Source: Octopus bimaculoides (lineage: Eukaryota). From it: 47,375 nt of DNA. A model generated the notes under the pieces. That model made no database searches and was not told where the DNA came from. It saw only the letters and a list, made by a program, of their open reading frames with translations. Shown one piece after another: positions 35,977-47,375 of the stretch (positions within the stretch are counted from its first letter, which is position 1; the number at the start of each line of letters is the position of its first letter). The stretch covers positions 12,975,530-13,022,904 of the forward strand of contig NC_068992.1 in NCBI RefSeq assembly GCF_001194135.2, given 5' to 3'. Position numbers and translations under genes: made by a program.

Positions 35977-37493
35977 TCAGCATGTTAAATATTAATCAAT
36001 AATCATTACGTAGATTATTTAACGTCTGGTGCTCCATTATGAGAAACGTAAATTCAAAGTTAGCGGAAGAGAGAATGATTAGAAATTGCTGGAGATCAAG
36101 GTATTTTATAATTAATTTATAATTTATAAAATTAATATTCCAGAGCAGTGAATAATTGTTTTATTTAAGCTTTTATTTGATTATAAGCATTACGTAATTT
36201 TTTTAAACATATTTGAATAGCATAACAGGTAGCATAGTGTTGGTAAGAGATCAATATATATTCCTGAGTCTAAAACAGCCCAAGTATTCGATAGTGTTTT
36301 AGCTGACTTCTTTCATCTAAACCGAGGTATTTTATAAATAGCCCTATACTACCTAGTTCTTGTGATTTCCTGAAATACTGAAATGAGTAATGTTTTGTGC
36401 GAGTGCAATCAACTACGGGACTTAAATTGTTGAATCACTTCTTTTGAAAAATATGTTGAAAATAAGCAATACATTGATTATAACCAACATGTATTTTACA
36501 GATACAGAAGCTTCTCGGAACACCATCTTCAGCACAATAATCTCGATGAATTGTGTATTATACTCACGAAAACGTAATTATCTCGACTTTGGCAAACATG
36601 TCAGCGTGTAATGAATAATTAAAAAGATGAAAATAATTTATAAACACAAATTTACATAAAATTAAAATCCGAATAATTTTCTGGTTGCCAATGGTTTGAT
36701 ATCTGTTGATTGTCTAAAACCAAGAGTATTTTAATAATGTGTCATTTTAGAATCACTAATACTTATAATTACTCGTTTGGATACAAATACGAATATACAA
36801 TTATAAGAAAGAATATAGAAGAAAAATAATGATGCATTTCGTTAAAAAATATTGTTACCCATCCCTTAATATGTTCATGCTTACTACTGCTATGTAGCTT
36901 ATAACGACTTCACTTTAACGTCATATATATTATGTAATCTCAGAGTTAATATGATTAAGTGCCAATCCTAAATATTTGAAAGCACTCATGAAATATAGAA
37001 CAAACATTTAAGAACTTTGGCAGAAGTTTAATTATTCAATAATATCATAAATTCTGAATAAGCTCATACTGAAATTTTAAAAATTGGTAATGACAAAAGT
37101 TACGAAAACGTTAACTCTGAAGTTTGTTTTCGTAACATCTGGAAATGAATGTCAGTAAGTTTTAGATCGCAGTCCACATTAATCTGAATGATATATGCAC
37201 GATATCTGAAACGTCGTGCATCACATCACCTGTACAGTATGAATAAGAAAAAGCGGAAAATTGTTTTGTGATTTTTCAATTAAGATATTCATACATACAA
37301 ATATGTCTTTCATATTTTACCTATTTCAGTCATTAGACTGGAGCCATATCTATATCGCAAGCACAAAGCTAAACAATATATACGCCTGCATCATCATATT
37401 TCACATGCTCCGAAACAACTGAACGGAGGATGGTCTTGCCCTGCAAAAATATTCTAAGGAGAAATATCTTATAGGCAGCACGAATGAAAACAT

Positions 37494-37514
37494 ACCAATC
37501 TATGAATGACGTCA
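37494..37514. promoter_or_regulatory. Adjacent CCAAT box and full palindromic CRE in a CpG-enriched stretch
   Basis: ACCAATC at 37494-37500 and TGACGTCA at 37507-37514. CpG dinucleotides are visibly enriched over about 37380-38080. Confidence 0.4.
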
Positions 37515-38037
37515 CCGGTGCGTAGGATATGTGCGTTTGTGCTATTTTGCGCGTCCTCAGCTACGAATACAAAATTAGCGAATCTTCACCGCCGAATATG
37601 AAAGACATTATGTATCTATAAGAACAGAAAATAGTATCTCTACCGACATGCCCGAAGTTTCGTAAAGGTGTATGAAAGAAACTAGAGTCGCACGAAGCAG
37701 CGTTGGATTATCGTCCTTAAACACCTTCGAAAGGGGCATTCAGTATCCGTAGCTGATGAGATGCAGCAATGTCGTGTCACGTTCATCCCACGATCCACTG
37801 GCGTATTACCGGTGAGCAAACATTTTTACTGAGAATATTACAGCAGCAAAAGGTATTTCCACGTACGAGTACACACGAACGCGTTAACTAAGGTGATAGT
37901 ATACGCATATAAATTCTGATTTTACTCAACACATTCCGCTCTTAGATTCACGCACATATTCCAGCGACCCTTAAGTACTGTAAAACGACTCAAGAGAGTG
38001 AGCCTCTAACCTGGCCTCTCGCAGTATCCTTAAAGCC

Positions 38038-38076
38038 ATGAAATTTTCAGCACCCCATGGGATAAGCTTGCGTCTG
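38038..38076 (+). CDS. Candidate first coding exon (MKFSAPHGISLRL), unknown protein
   Basis: Kozak-like AAAGCCATGA and phase-0 donor CTG|GTAAGA, downstream of the CCAAT/CRE cluster. Confidence 0.25.
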
Positions 38077-38767
38077 GTAAGAAAAATTACAGAAAGATAA
38101 GCAATGTATATCAGTGAGGTCTGCCTTGACCTTATTTTCATATTATTTTATGGTCCATAAAGGAAATTACCAGCATAATGCGTTATGCTACTAATTTTTG
38201 CAACTTCACATCCAAATTCGTCATCAAAAGTAATTAATAGCGTATCGAACATCAAAATAATTGGAATATATCTGCAATAACAATGTTACTAAGCAATATC
38301 GACACACACACATTGAATTTGTCATTGAGGATCTCTTTTCACAAAATTCTAAACTCTATAAATAGACTGAAATCATCTACAAGAAGTAACTAAATTAATG
38401 ATGTCAAACTTATGAGAATAAAAGGAAACAAAAGTAACTTACAAACTTCGAATAGGTTGAACAAAAGGAAGATGATTTTACAAATGTGTGAACTTCTTTT
38501 GAATATTCAATATGCATTATTCTGCAATTCATAAAGTGATATTCAGCAGTTTTAATTTGCTCCAAACGATTAAAATTAATACGGATGACATTTGATTAAT
38601 TAAACATTCTCGTTCGGTGAAATATGATGATCACGCTTACGCACAGTTTATCAATGTATACCAACACACACACAAAAAACAACAAACAAACAAACAAACA
38701 TGTAAACCGTAAAATGAAATGCATTCAAATCACTTTAACAATGTTAACACTTCTGAAATACATGATC

Positions 38768-38870
38768 CAGCAGTTACAATAACCTTCCTACATTAATAAT
38801 AACAGCAGTTACAATAACCTTCCTACATTAATAATAACAGCAGTTACAATAACCTTCTTACATTAATAAT
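38768..38870. repeat. 35-bp minisatellite, about 3 copies
   Basis: CAGCAGTTACAATAACCTTCCTACATTAATAATAA at 38768, 38803 and 38838. The third copy has one substitution. Confidence 0.95.
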
Positions 38871-38983
38871 TACATATGTTTCACAATCAGAAAACTGCTT
38901 CTTTCACAATAGAACAATTTAATCAGGAGTGTAAAAATGCAGAAAGGTGGAAGATCATTGAGTAATAAGTTTAAGTTCACACA

Positions 38984-39026
<43 letters not shown>

Positions 39027-39210
39027 GNNNNNNNNNNNNNNNNNNNNNNNNNNNNNNNNNNNNNNNNNNNNNNNNNNNNNNNNNNNNNNNNNNNNNNNNN
39101 NNNNNNNNNNNNNNNNNNNNNNNNNNNNNNNNNNNNNNNNNNNNNNNNNNNNNNNNNNNNNNNNNNNNNNNNNNNNNNNNNNNNNNNNNNNNNNNNNNNN
39201 NNNNNNNNNN

Positions 39211-39271
<61 letters not shown>

Positions 39272-39911
39272 AGAAACATATTCTCATAGACTATGGATGT
39301 TATTTACCACAGGACAAAGTCATAAAATGTTAATTGAAGGAATTTCAATAGAATCCCTGCCTGTTTAGTATTTGGAACATTTTATATGTGATTTAGGAAA
39401 TAAACTTGTCCAGTAGAAAAATTAAATACTAGATTACTAAATACCCTTGAGAATTTCAAAATATTAACGCTGTTATAGAAATGAAACCAGCCGACTCATA
39501 GAATTAAAACTGGAATATCAAAAGAATTTAATCCTTGGATGTCATATTTTCAAATTAAATCAAACACGCACACCACAGATTTTAAACAACATTGTCAGTG
39601 TAATGTATTCGCTTGCACATAATTAGTTTCTCAAAGGACAAAAACGTAGAACATTTATTACATATGGAAACCTCTAACGATATTGGCCCCTCATTATTCT
39701 ATAAAAATAAAAGAACAAATGAGTTTCACAACTCAAAAAGAAACTTGAACAAGTTTCGATCGTATGTAAAAACAAAATTATTGCAGGCAATCAATTAATG
39801 TTATTATAACAGATTAAGAAATAAGAGAGCCTATAAAAGGTGTAAATGCCATGAGTATAGTTCACTATATGGTATCTGTCAATAAGAATCTGCTCAAATA
39901 TTCCTTTCCAG

Positions 39912-39978
39912 GGCGATTACATTAAGCGAACGTATCACCTTAAGAATATTCATTACAGAAATCTTAAACACTACCTTA
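39912..39978 (+). CDS. Candidate 67-nt internal exon, unknown protein
   Basis: Acceptor ATTCCTTTCCAG and donor TTA|GTGAGT. It is open in two frames: GDYIKRTYHLKNIHYRNLKHYL or AITLSERITLRIFITEILNTTL. Confidence 0.3.
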
Positions 39979-42084
39979 GTGAGTTCTAAAACAACCCACT
40001 CATTTGAAGATATTGAATAACTAATTGCTCGACTACATTGCTTTTAATTGTTGGCACAAGTCCAGCAATCTCAAGAGAAGTGTTAAATTGATTATATCGA
40101 TAATAGTGCTCAATCGGTATTTATTTGTCTCAGAATTATTTGAAATCAGAAAGTTGAGAGGGAGAAAATACCGGTGTGCTAATAATTCTGCCAGCTCACC
40201 GCTATAAATTGTTGGACCATATTGAGGACGTATAGAAGCACTTAGTGTACTTGAAATAATAGTTGATTTTATAGTAAAAGGTTTTTGTGAAGTACCTGTC
40301 TCTTGCTTATCATTGTTAAGAACTGAAGAAATAAAACAGGAATATTTCGAAAATAAAGCTCTGCGTATACTATTTTTGAATGAAGTAAAAGGCATTCTGA
40401 AATTGTAAACCATACTGGAATAAATATAAACGGAAATGCCACATGCAACTAAAAGTGTAAACAAAAAAGGATTTAGACTATGAAAGGATAGTTTTATGGA
40501 GTACGTAATTTTTCTGTGCGTGTGCTTGAATATCAGCAGGGTTGAGCTTATGTAGGTACACTTTTACACGCACGCACACAAGCACTCAGAAGCTCGCATA
40601 CAGAAAAACACTCACACACACATACACCCCCCCCCCNNNNNNNNNNNNNNNNNNNNNNNNNNNNNNNNNNNNNNNNNNNNNNNNNNNNNNNNNNNNNNNN
40701 NNNNNNNNNNNNNNNNNNNNNNNNNNNNNNNNNNNNNNNNNNNNNNNNNNNNNNNNNNNNNNNNNNNNNNNNNNNNNNNNNNNNNNNNNNNNNNNNNNNN
40801 NNNNNNNNNNNNNNNNNNNNNNNNNNNNNNNNNNNNNNNNNNNNNNNNNNNNNNNNNNNNNNNNNNNNNNNNNNNNNNNNNNNNNNNNNNNNNNNNNNNN
40901 NNNNNNNNNNNNNNNNNNNNNNNNNNNNNNNNNNNNNNNNNNNNNNNNNNNNNNNNNNNNNNNNNNNNNNNNNNNNNNNNNNNNNNNNNNNNNNNNNNNN
41001 NNNNNNNNNNNNNNNNNNNNNNNNNNNNNNNNNNNNNNNNNNNNNNNNNNNNNNNNNNNNNNNNNNNNNNNNNNNNNNNNNNNNNNNNNNNNNNNNNNNN
41101 NNNNNNNNNNNNNNNNNNNNNNNNNNNNNNNNNNNNNNNNNNNNNNNNNNNNNNNNNNNNNNNNNNNNNNNNNNNNNNNNNNNNNNNNNNNNNNNNNNNN
41201 NNNNNNNNNNNNNNNNNNNNNNNNNNNNNNNNNNNNNNNNNNNNNNNNNNNNNNNNNNNNNNNNNNNNNNNNNNNNNNNNNNNNNNNNNNNNNNNNNNNN
41301 NNNNNNNNNNNNNNNNNNNNNNNNNNNNNNNNNNNNNNNNNNNNNNNNNNNNNNNNNNNNNNNNNNNNNNNNNNNNNNNNNNNNNNNNNNNNNNNNNNNN
41401 NNNNNNNNNNNNNNNNNNNNNNNNNNNNNNNNNNNNNNNNNNNNNNNNNNNNNNNNNNNNNNNNNNNNNNNNNNNNNNNNNNNNNNNNNNNNNNNNNNNN
41501 NNNNNNNNNNNNNNNNNNNNNNNNNNNNNNNNNNNNNNNNNNNNNNNNNNNNNNCTATCTACCTATCTACCTATATTAATGTATGCATTTATATATAAAT
41601 ATGTGTGTGTGTGCGTGTATGTGAGCGAGGTTTGAATATGTGTGTGTACTTTTACGTGCATGCATATATGTACATGTACATAGACTTGTGAAAGTGAGTA
41701 GGTGGGATTTATATACGTTCCAATGAGTGTAAATATGAAAGCTTTTACGTAGACATTTTGAAAGAAGTGTGCGAATGTTTATATTGAAATTCATACACGT
41801 ATAATTTCATACAGTCACGTTGTACGTATCTACTTAATTTGCTTAATACTTGTAATAACTAATGTTATGAATAGATTTGCATAATTTTAGTTACACAGTT
41901 ATGTATTTTAAATTTCGTTCGTTGAGATACATGCCTATGTTTATTTAAACTGACAGATATCTATCTTGAAATATAAGCTATGTTACATTATGTATGTATG
42001 CCGCATGTAATGTATGTAAGCATAGAGAAACACACGCATATATTTATATGTTACAATGTATGTGGAAATGTACGTATATTTGCA

Positions 42085-42120
<36 letters not shown>

Positions 42121-42328
42121 CTCTCTCTTTAGCTCGTTCTCTCTCGCTGTTACTCTCTCTATTTATACGTGTGTGTGTCTATGTGTGTGTGTGTGTGAAT
42201 GTAAAGAAACTGTGTATGCTCACTGACAGACACACCTGCTCTCATAAAAAATATATACATACATATAAATATATATATATATGTATATATGTAACAGTGA
42301 ATACATATAGACAAACACATACATCGAT

Positions 42329-42520
42329 AGGTAGGTAGGATTGGTAGGTAGGTAGATAGGTACGTAGGTATGTAGAAAGGTAGGCAGGTAGGTAGATAGG
42401 TAAGTAGTTAGTTAGGTAGGTAAGTAGGGAGGTAGGTATATACATACCTACACAGAGAGACAGATATATACATACAGACAAGTAGATAGATGGATAGACA
42501 GATAGATGCATACATACATA
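42329..42520. repeat. Degenerate (TAGG)n-(TAGA)n-(TACA)n tetranucleotide tract
   Basis: Direct reading of the sequence. Confidence 0.9.
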
Positions 42521-42665
42521 TATACATATTTACACACATACATATTAATACTAATCAACGAAGAATCTAATACGTGACTGATTTATGTACTACAAATATA
42601 TATATATATGAACATACACACACCTATATTCATACGTGCAAATATACACACACGTAATTAATATT

Positions 42666-42709
<44 letters not shown>

Positions 42710-42997
42710 GAGGCAGATGGAGAAAGAAAGAGCGCTAGAGAGAGAGGGGGGAGGAATGGAGTGGGAACCGGAGTGTTGCGAATGCAGAGAAAAAGAGAAG
42801 TTGATACTTTCTTGTCAGGTAAGGATAGAAACAGTATGGAAATACTTTTCAATTAGACTTTACGTTTTTCGCGAGATGCTACGGACATGTCTTTAATAAT
42901 TCAATAATTCTATATTTAACCTGTATTAACATCTAAATCTGACTGTACAATTTGGTTATATTTTAAATACCTTATTATACACAGAGACAGAGGAAGA

Positions 42998-43053
<56 letters not shown>

Positions 43054-45190
43054 TAGAGAGACATAGAGAGACAGAGACAGAGAGACAAAGAGATAGAGAG
43101 AGAGAAACGATAAAGAGAGAGAGAGAGACGATAAAGAGAGAGAGAGAGAGAACGATAAGTAGATAGACACATAGATATATAAATATACTGACATGCAAAT
43201 ATATGCATTAATATATATGTACTCCTATGCACGTACAGGCACTGAATCATATTCACAATCATATTGACAATTTTTCAAAAGATGTCTCACATGCTTCCAC
43301 TCCTCACCACAGTGAATATTGAGGTAAGGAAGAAAAACATCCTTGGTGATCAAAAACAGCTTTCGACATTCATTTGGAAAAATTAATGTTTAAAAAAATT
43401 AATGTTGGCACAAAATCAAAAGTATTCTGAAGATAGAAACATGTTTTACCATGGAGTAAGAAGACATGTATCTACTTTAAAATTTTGCCTGTGCAGTATT
43501 TTTAACCGCTGCTATTCGGGTGCAATGGGGAAAATTGTGTCTTACGGCCTTTTAAAATATACGAGAAGTTCGAAAAATTTGGGTGCTAAATCCAAAATTC
43601 AATCATATTTATGAAATTGTTTTCCTCCATTTTCAAAATTATGCTGTCAAGTTCCTCTGTGTAAGGTTTGGATCAACAGGTAACTTGTTATAAGAAGACG
43701 TTTTACGTGACAAAACTCATTCGTGAACTGAAATATACTCATCCTAGTCAATAATTACAAAAGTACCTCTCCTATCTGCCAATTTCATAACAACAGAATC
43801 ATTGTTAGCTGGACTATGGGGTGTGATACATTGTGAGTTTTGAGGTTATATCTATGTGACAAAATACATAAAATTCTTGAAGTCTGAGTGAATATCCCTT
43901 CTGAACTTCCTCCTATTCGAACCTGGATATTTTAAATCGTGTTATGTCAGATTCAGTCATCATTTTCAAAAAACATAGGTTTTTTTTCCTGACTCCTCGC
44001 AACCATCTTTTTTTCGAAAGAATATTCCATCATCTTGTGACGGCGGACGAAATTATATATTTGAATTTTATACTGTGTTTACTGAAGTTTTATATCGTAT
44101 TTTCTAGTTTGACATTAATCCCCCCGGAGTCAATAAAAATAGAACCCAAGAACCTGCCACGCTCTGGGTTCGATATAAAGTACTGTTCTCTTCCTCTTAG
44201 AAATATCTGTGTATGTGACTAAATTAGAAACAAATATAGAAATGCTGCTTCAGAAAGCTAAGTACTCTCAGTAACTATAAAATACATTGAAAGCACTACA
44301 AATGTGTGAATCATTAGTAGTTTATTAACTATTACAATCGTGCCGATATTAACGACATCAATAGCAATGTTACTGCTCGATGAAAGAAATCTCCAATTCT
44401 ACACGATGTTCGTTGAGAAGTGTCGCTTACATGAACCTTTGAAGAAGACACATTACAAGTGAATACAAGAATACAAACTTAACAGCTATTGTGTTTCAAA
44501 GCAAACAATAACATGAAAGATTTAGTATAGTTACGATCAGATTTCTGCAACTATATCATGACCAAGAAGTTGCAAATGGTTACAGAAAGAAAATAAATTA
44601 ATAACTATAAATATATAAAAGCAACGTGCAAATGGATGAACATAATATGCGTGCGATTGACAGTATGTTTGTATGCATACATCATACAAAGATATATATA
44701 GTAATAATATAATTATTTTATTTTCGAGTTGACAATTTGTAGCATGCTGTTTAAAACCTGTACACAGTATTCGGCTACCTGATGTCAACAACAGTATGGA
44801 GGTATATGCCACTGGATTTACTTCAGGAATTCTTTTGTATCCATAGAGCTATTTATGAAAAGAACGATAGGCAGGAAATGGAATTCACACGACTCTTTAT
44901 TCAGAAGCAGTGCGATCATTTCGTCGCATCATGCACCAGTACAGGTAACATAGTGTTCATTATAGACACGGAAAGAATGCGACACTAACTGAAATGTATT
45001 GTTATAGATATAAGTGAAACCGCAAATAAAAATCTGTGTACATTTTGGAGTAGATAGGTAGATATAAGTATATATGTAGAAATATATTAATATACTTATA
45101 TACATATCCAAGATTAGGGAATGAAGTAGATAAAATTCAGGCTACATTTGCTTTCTAGTTAGCAGAATCTCGGAGGTAGTAATTATTCAA

Positions 45191-45376
45191 CGAGGGATAC
45201 TCGTACTCCACTGGCTATTCATCAAGCTGAAGGTACCTTAGTTAAATTAAGGTTACGTTGTCGTCAACGGATCCCATAATCTCTTGCGAATTAACTTGAG
45301 ATCTCTTAACACCATTGTAACCTTCATTTAACTAAGGTATCTTCGGCCCTATGAGTAGCTAGTGGAGTATCTCTCG
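45191..45376. mobile_element. Mariner-type MITE, 186 bp, with long imperfect inverted arms
   Basis: Left arm CGAGGGATACTC-GTACTC-CACTGGCTATTCATCAAGCTGAAGGTACCTTAGTTAAATTAAGGTTAC (45191-45256) aligns to the reverse complement of 45317-45376. TA flanks the right end and AA the left. A CGAGGG start is typical of mariner TIRs. Confidence 0.7.
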
Positions 45377-45610
45377 TAGAGTATTTACTATTTCCGACGT
45401 TTTGCTAATTAGGAAACATATCCAGCCTGCATTTTACTTGTTCAATTCACTAAATTTGGGTTTTTATTCGCATACATAGCAACACCAGTTGCTAACTGTA
45501 AACTGTAAAATAACTTTTATCGACTTATCAAAGTTCGATATGGGAAAAATTCACAACCTTATACGCCAATAAACCACAATTGTTCCTGGAAGATTTTTTT
45601 ATACCTGCTA

Positions 45611-45913
45611 TGGACAACCCGTGCTAAAACTGCTGCCTTAGATATTCTTTCTGATAAATGGCAAGAAAAACCTCTCAATAGCAAATACTCACAGAGAGCT
45701 AATAGTGCCGGTGTTGACAAAGCCCTTACCCATCAATGGTTAGTGGCTTCTCGCTTAAAATCAGAAACAGAAGGGTTTATTGTAGCAGCCTACCTACAAT
45801 ACCTTCCAAGAGGAAACTATCAGGCCAACATATTAAAGAACGGCAGCTGCACAACATGTCGTGTATGTCAACAACAAAATGAAACCATTCACCATGTGCA
45901 GTCTTCTTGTGCA
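45611..45913 (+). mobile_element. R4/Dong-like non-LTR retrotransposon ORF fragment (post-RT region with CCHC zinc knuckle)
   Basis: Open frame KWQEKPLNSKYSQRANSAGVDKALTHQWLVASRLKSETEGFIVAAYLQYLPRGNYQANILKNGSCTTCRVCQQQNETIHHVQSSC. It shows a CX2CX8HX4C knuckle and the LKSETEGF..AA motif of R4/Dong-type elements. Confidence 0.85.
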
Positions 45914-45992
45914 CTGCCGTTACGTTCTGACTTCAATTTCCGCCGAGGTGGACTTTGCCATTCATCCTTTCAGGGTCGATTAAATAAGTACC
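45914..45992 (+). mobile_element. SINE family B central part, joined to the R4/Dong fragment and cut by an N gap
   Basis: CTGCCGTTACGTTCTGACTTCAATTTCCGCCGAGGTGGACTTTGCCATTCATCCTTTCAGGGTCGATTAAATAAGTACC. Confidence 0.85.
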
Positions 45993-46197
45993 NNNNNNNN
46001 NNNNNNNNNNNNNNNNNNNNNNNNNNNNNNNNNNNNNNNNNNNNNNNNNNNNNNNNNNNNNNNNNNNNNNNNNNNNNNNNNNNNNNNNNNNNNNNNNNNN
46101 NNNNNNNNNNNNNNNNNNNNNNNNNNNNNNNNNNNNNNNNNNNNNNNNNNNNNNNNNNNNNNNNNNNNNNNNNNNNNNNNNNNNNNNNNNNNNNNNN

Positions 46198-46252
<55 letters not shown>

Positions 46253-47099
46253 GTGCGTGTGTGTGTGTGTGTGTGTGTTTGTACGTATGTGTGTGTAAAT
46301 GCATGCATTTAACAGGCAGAGGAACTTTTGTAGTTTCGTTGGTTCTTAGTGGTTCACTTTTATACTATCGTTGTTTTGAAACTAGCTTTCAGTTCTAGCG
46401 AACCGTGGTGTAACAGCAATAATCCTCATGTATAATTTGCGATATATTTTACCACATCTAGTGAAAACTGTAATTATTTGTCAGACGCAGTTTGTCTTCT
46501 TATCTTCTTATCTTGTGTGAAATAGCTCAGCCATTTAAAACATTTTATATGAATAACCTAATCTAGACTACGTAGCATGATTATTATTAAAATTGCAAAA
46601 ATTTAAACAAACCTTTAATGATCCAGTCTCGCAGATGACAACTGATTTCTCAAATTAAGTAATTATTTTTAGTCTCGTCTTTCTCTTCCTTCCGCTACCA
46701 GACATTTAGAATCTATTTGACTTTAGTTACAAATAATTTCTGAAATTCTGCTATTGTTTGTGTTGATCTCTGCTAGTTTATTTTTATTTCACTGTCTGCA
46801 CATATAATCTACATTGATTATAATTTGCTCACGTGATAAAGTATACATAGAAATTCGAATAATCTTGTGTTATTTCCTACGCCTATATCTGTTATATTTT
46901 ATGAAAGCAGCTTCGAAAACTTGAAACTTCTACGGTAAAACTTTACTATCCTTCACATAATAAGTGAGATTTCTTTTAGCTTGGTGGACTCACTCAGAAT
47001 GTATTTCTTATCTAAACATGATCTATGAGAAGTGAAGAAACGCCTCAATCATTATACAAATCTGAGGTCATTTTATGTGATTATGTATTGACCTATCTC

Positions 47100-47135
47100 T
47101 CTCTCGGCCTCTTTCTCTTTATCTATCTATCTATA

Positions 47136-47191
<56 letters not shown>

Positions 47192-47222
47192 CGTCTGTCT
47201 GTCTAACTACCGATCTATCTGA
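47100..47222. repeat. (TATC)n microsatellite
   Basis: Direct reading of the sequence. Confidence 0.95.
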
Positions 47223-47227
47223 TACCT

Positions 47228-47375
47228 AATCATTTCTAGTACAGGCACAATGACTGAAATTTGAGGAAGGGGGATTGGTCGATCAAATCTACCCCAGTAC
47301 GCAACTAGCACTTATTTTATTGACTTTGAAAGAATGAAAGGCAAAGTCGAATTCGTTGAAATTTGAACTCAGAAC
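47228..47375 (-). mobile_element. SINE family B, 3' two-thirds, truncated by the window end
   Basis: Reverse complement reads GTTCTGAGTTCAAATTTCAACGAATTCGACTTTGCCTTTCATTCTTTCAAAGTCAATAAAATAAGTGCTAGTTGCGTACTGGGGTAGAT...TTGTGCCTGTACTAGAAATGATTA. Confidence 0.85.

Larger units (their letters stand above)
1424..46197. other. Twelve assembly gaps (N runs), about 4.2 kb in total
   Basis: 1424-1719, 2802-2996, 7372-7663, 14573-15350, 21920-21934, 28778-28878, 30570-31292, 32938-33107, 33698-34057, 39028-39210, 40637-41554 and 45993-46197. Nearly all abut microsatellites. Confidence 0.98.

Noticed and set aside
36508-36535. Third hammerhead candidate, minus strand CTGAAGATGGTGTTCCGAGAAGC
   Set aside because: It has GAGA instead of GAAA, and no stem I or NUH site can be built.
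38768-38870. CRISPR-like array from 35-bp or 30-bp repeats (also 5074-5144)
   Set aside because: Repeats are head-to-tail with no unique spacers, the DNA is eukaryotic, and there are no cas genes.
40033-40464. 143-aa minus-strand ORF with a hydrophobic start
   Set aside because: It reads through a family B SINE fragment (GELAELLAHRYF, about 40167-40203) and shows no recognisable domain, so it is likely chance.

Overview
AT-rich, microsatellite-dense eukaryotic genomic DNA from a draft short-read assembly, with 12 N-gaps totalling about 4.2 kb. The repeat families and (AAT)n/(GAT)n/(TA)n load look like an octopus genome such as Octopus sp. This is inferred from remembered repeat motifs, not from a search. 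I cannot name any protein-coding gene; most listed ORFs are artefacts of microsatellites or N runs. Supported features are at least four tRNA-derived SINE-like families (two copies with clean target-site duplications), decayed fragments of a Tc1/mariner transposase, an RTE-like reverse transcriptase and an R4/Dong-like zinc-knuckle region, a mariner-type hairpin MITE, tandem repeats, and a perfect 250-bp palindrome at a contig edge. There are also promoter-like motif clusters with a few candidate exons. The most interesting signal is two minus-strand minimal hammerhead-ribozyme-like motifs of the Penelope type. One forms the tail of a tRNA-headed (AAT)n element. The other has intact stems but a non-canonical CUGUUGA core.
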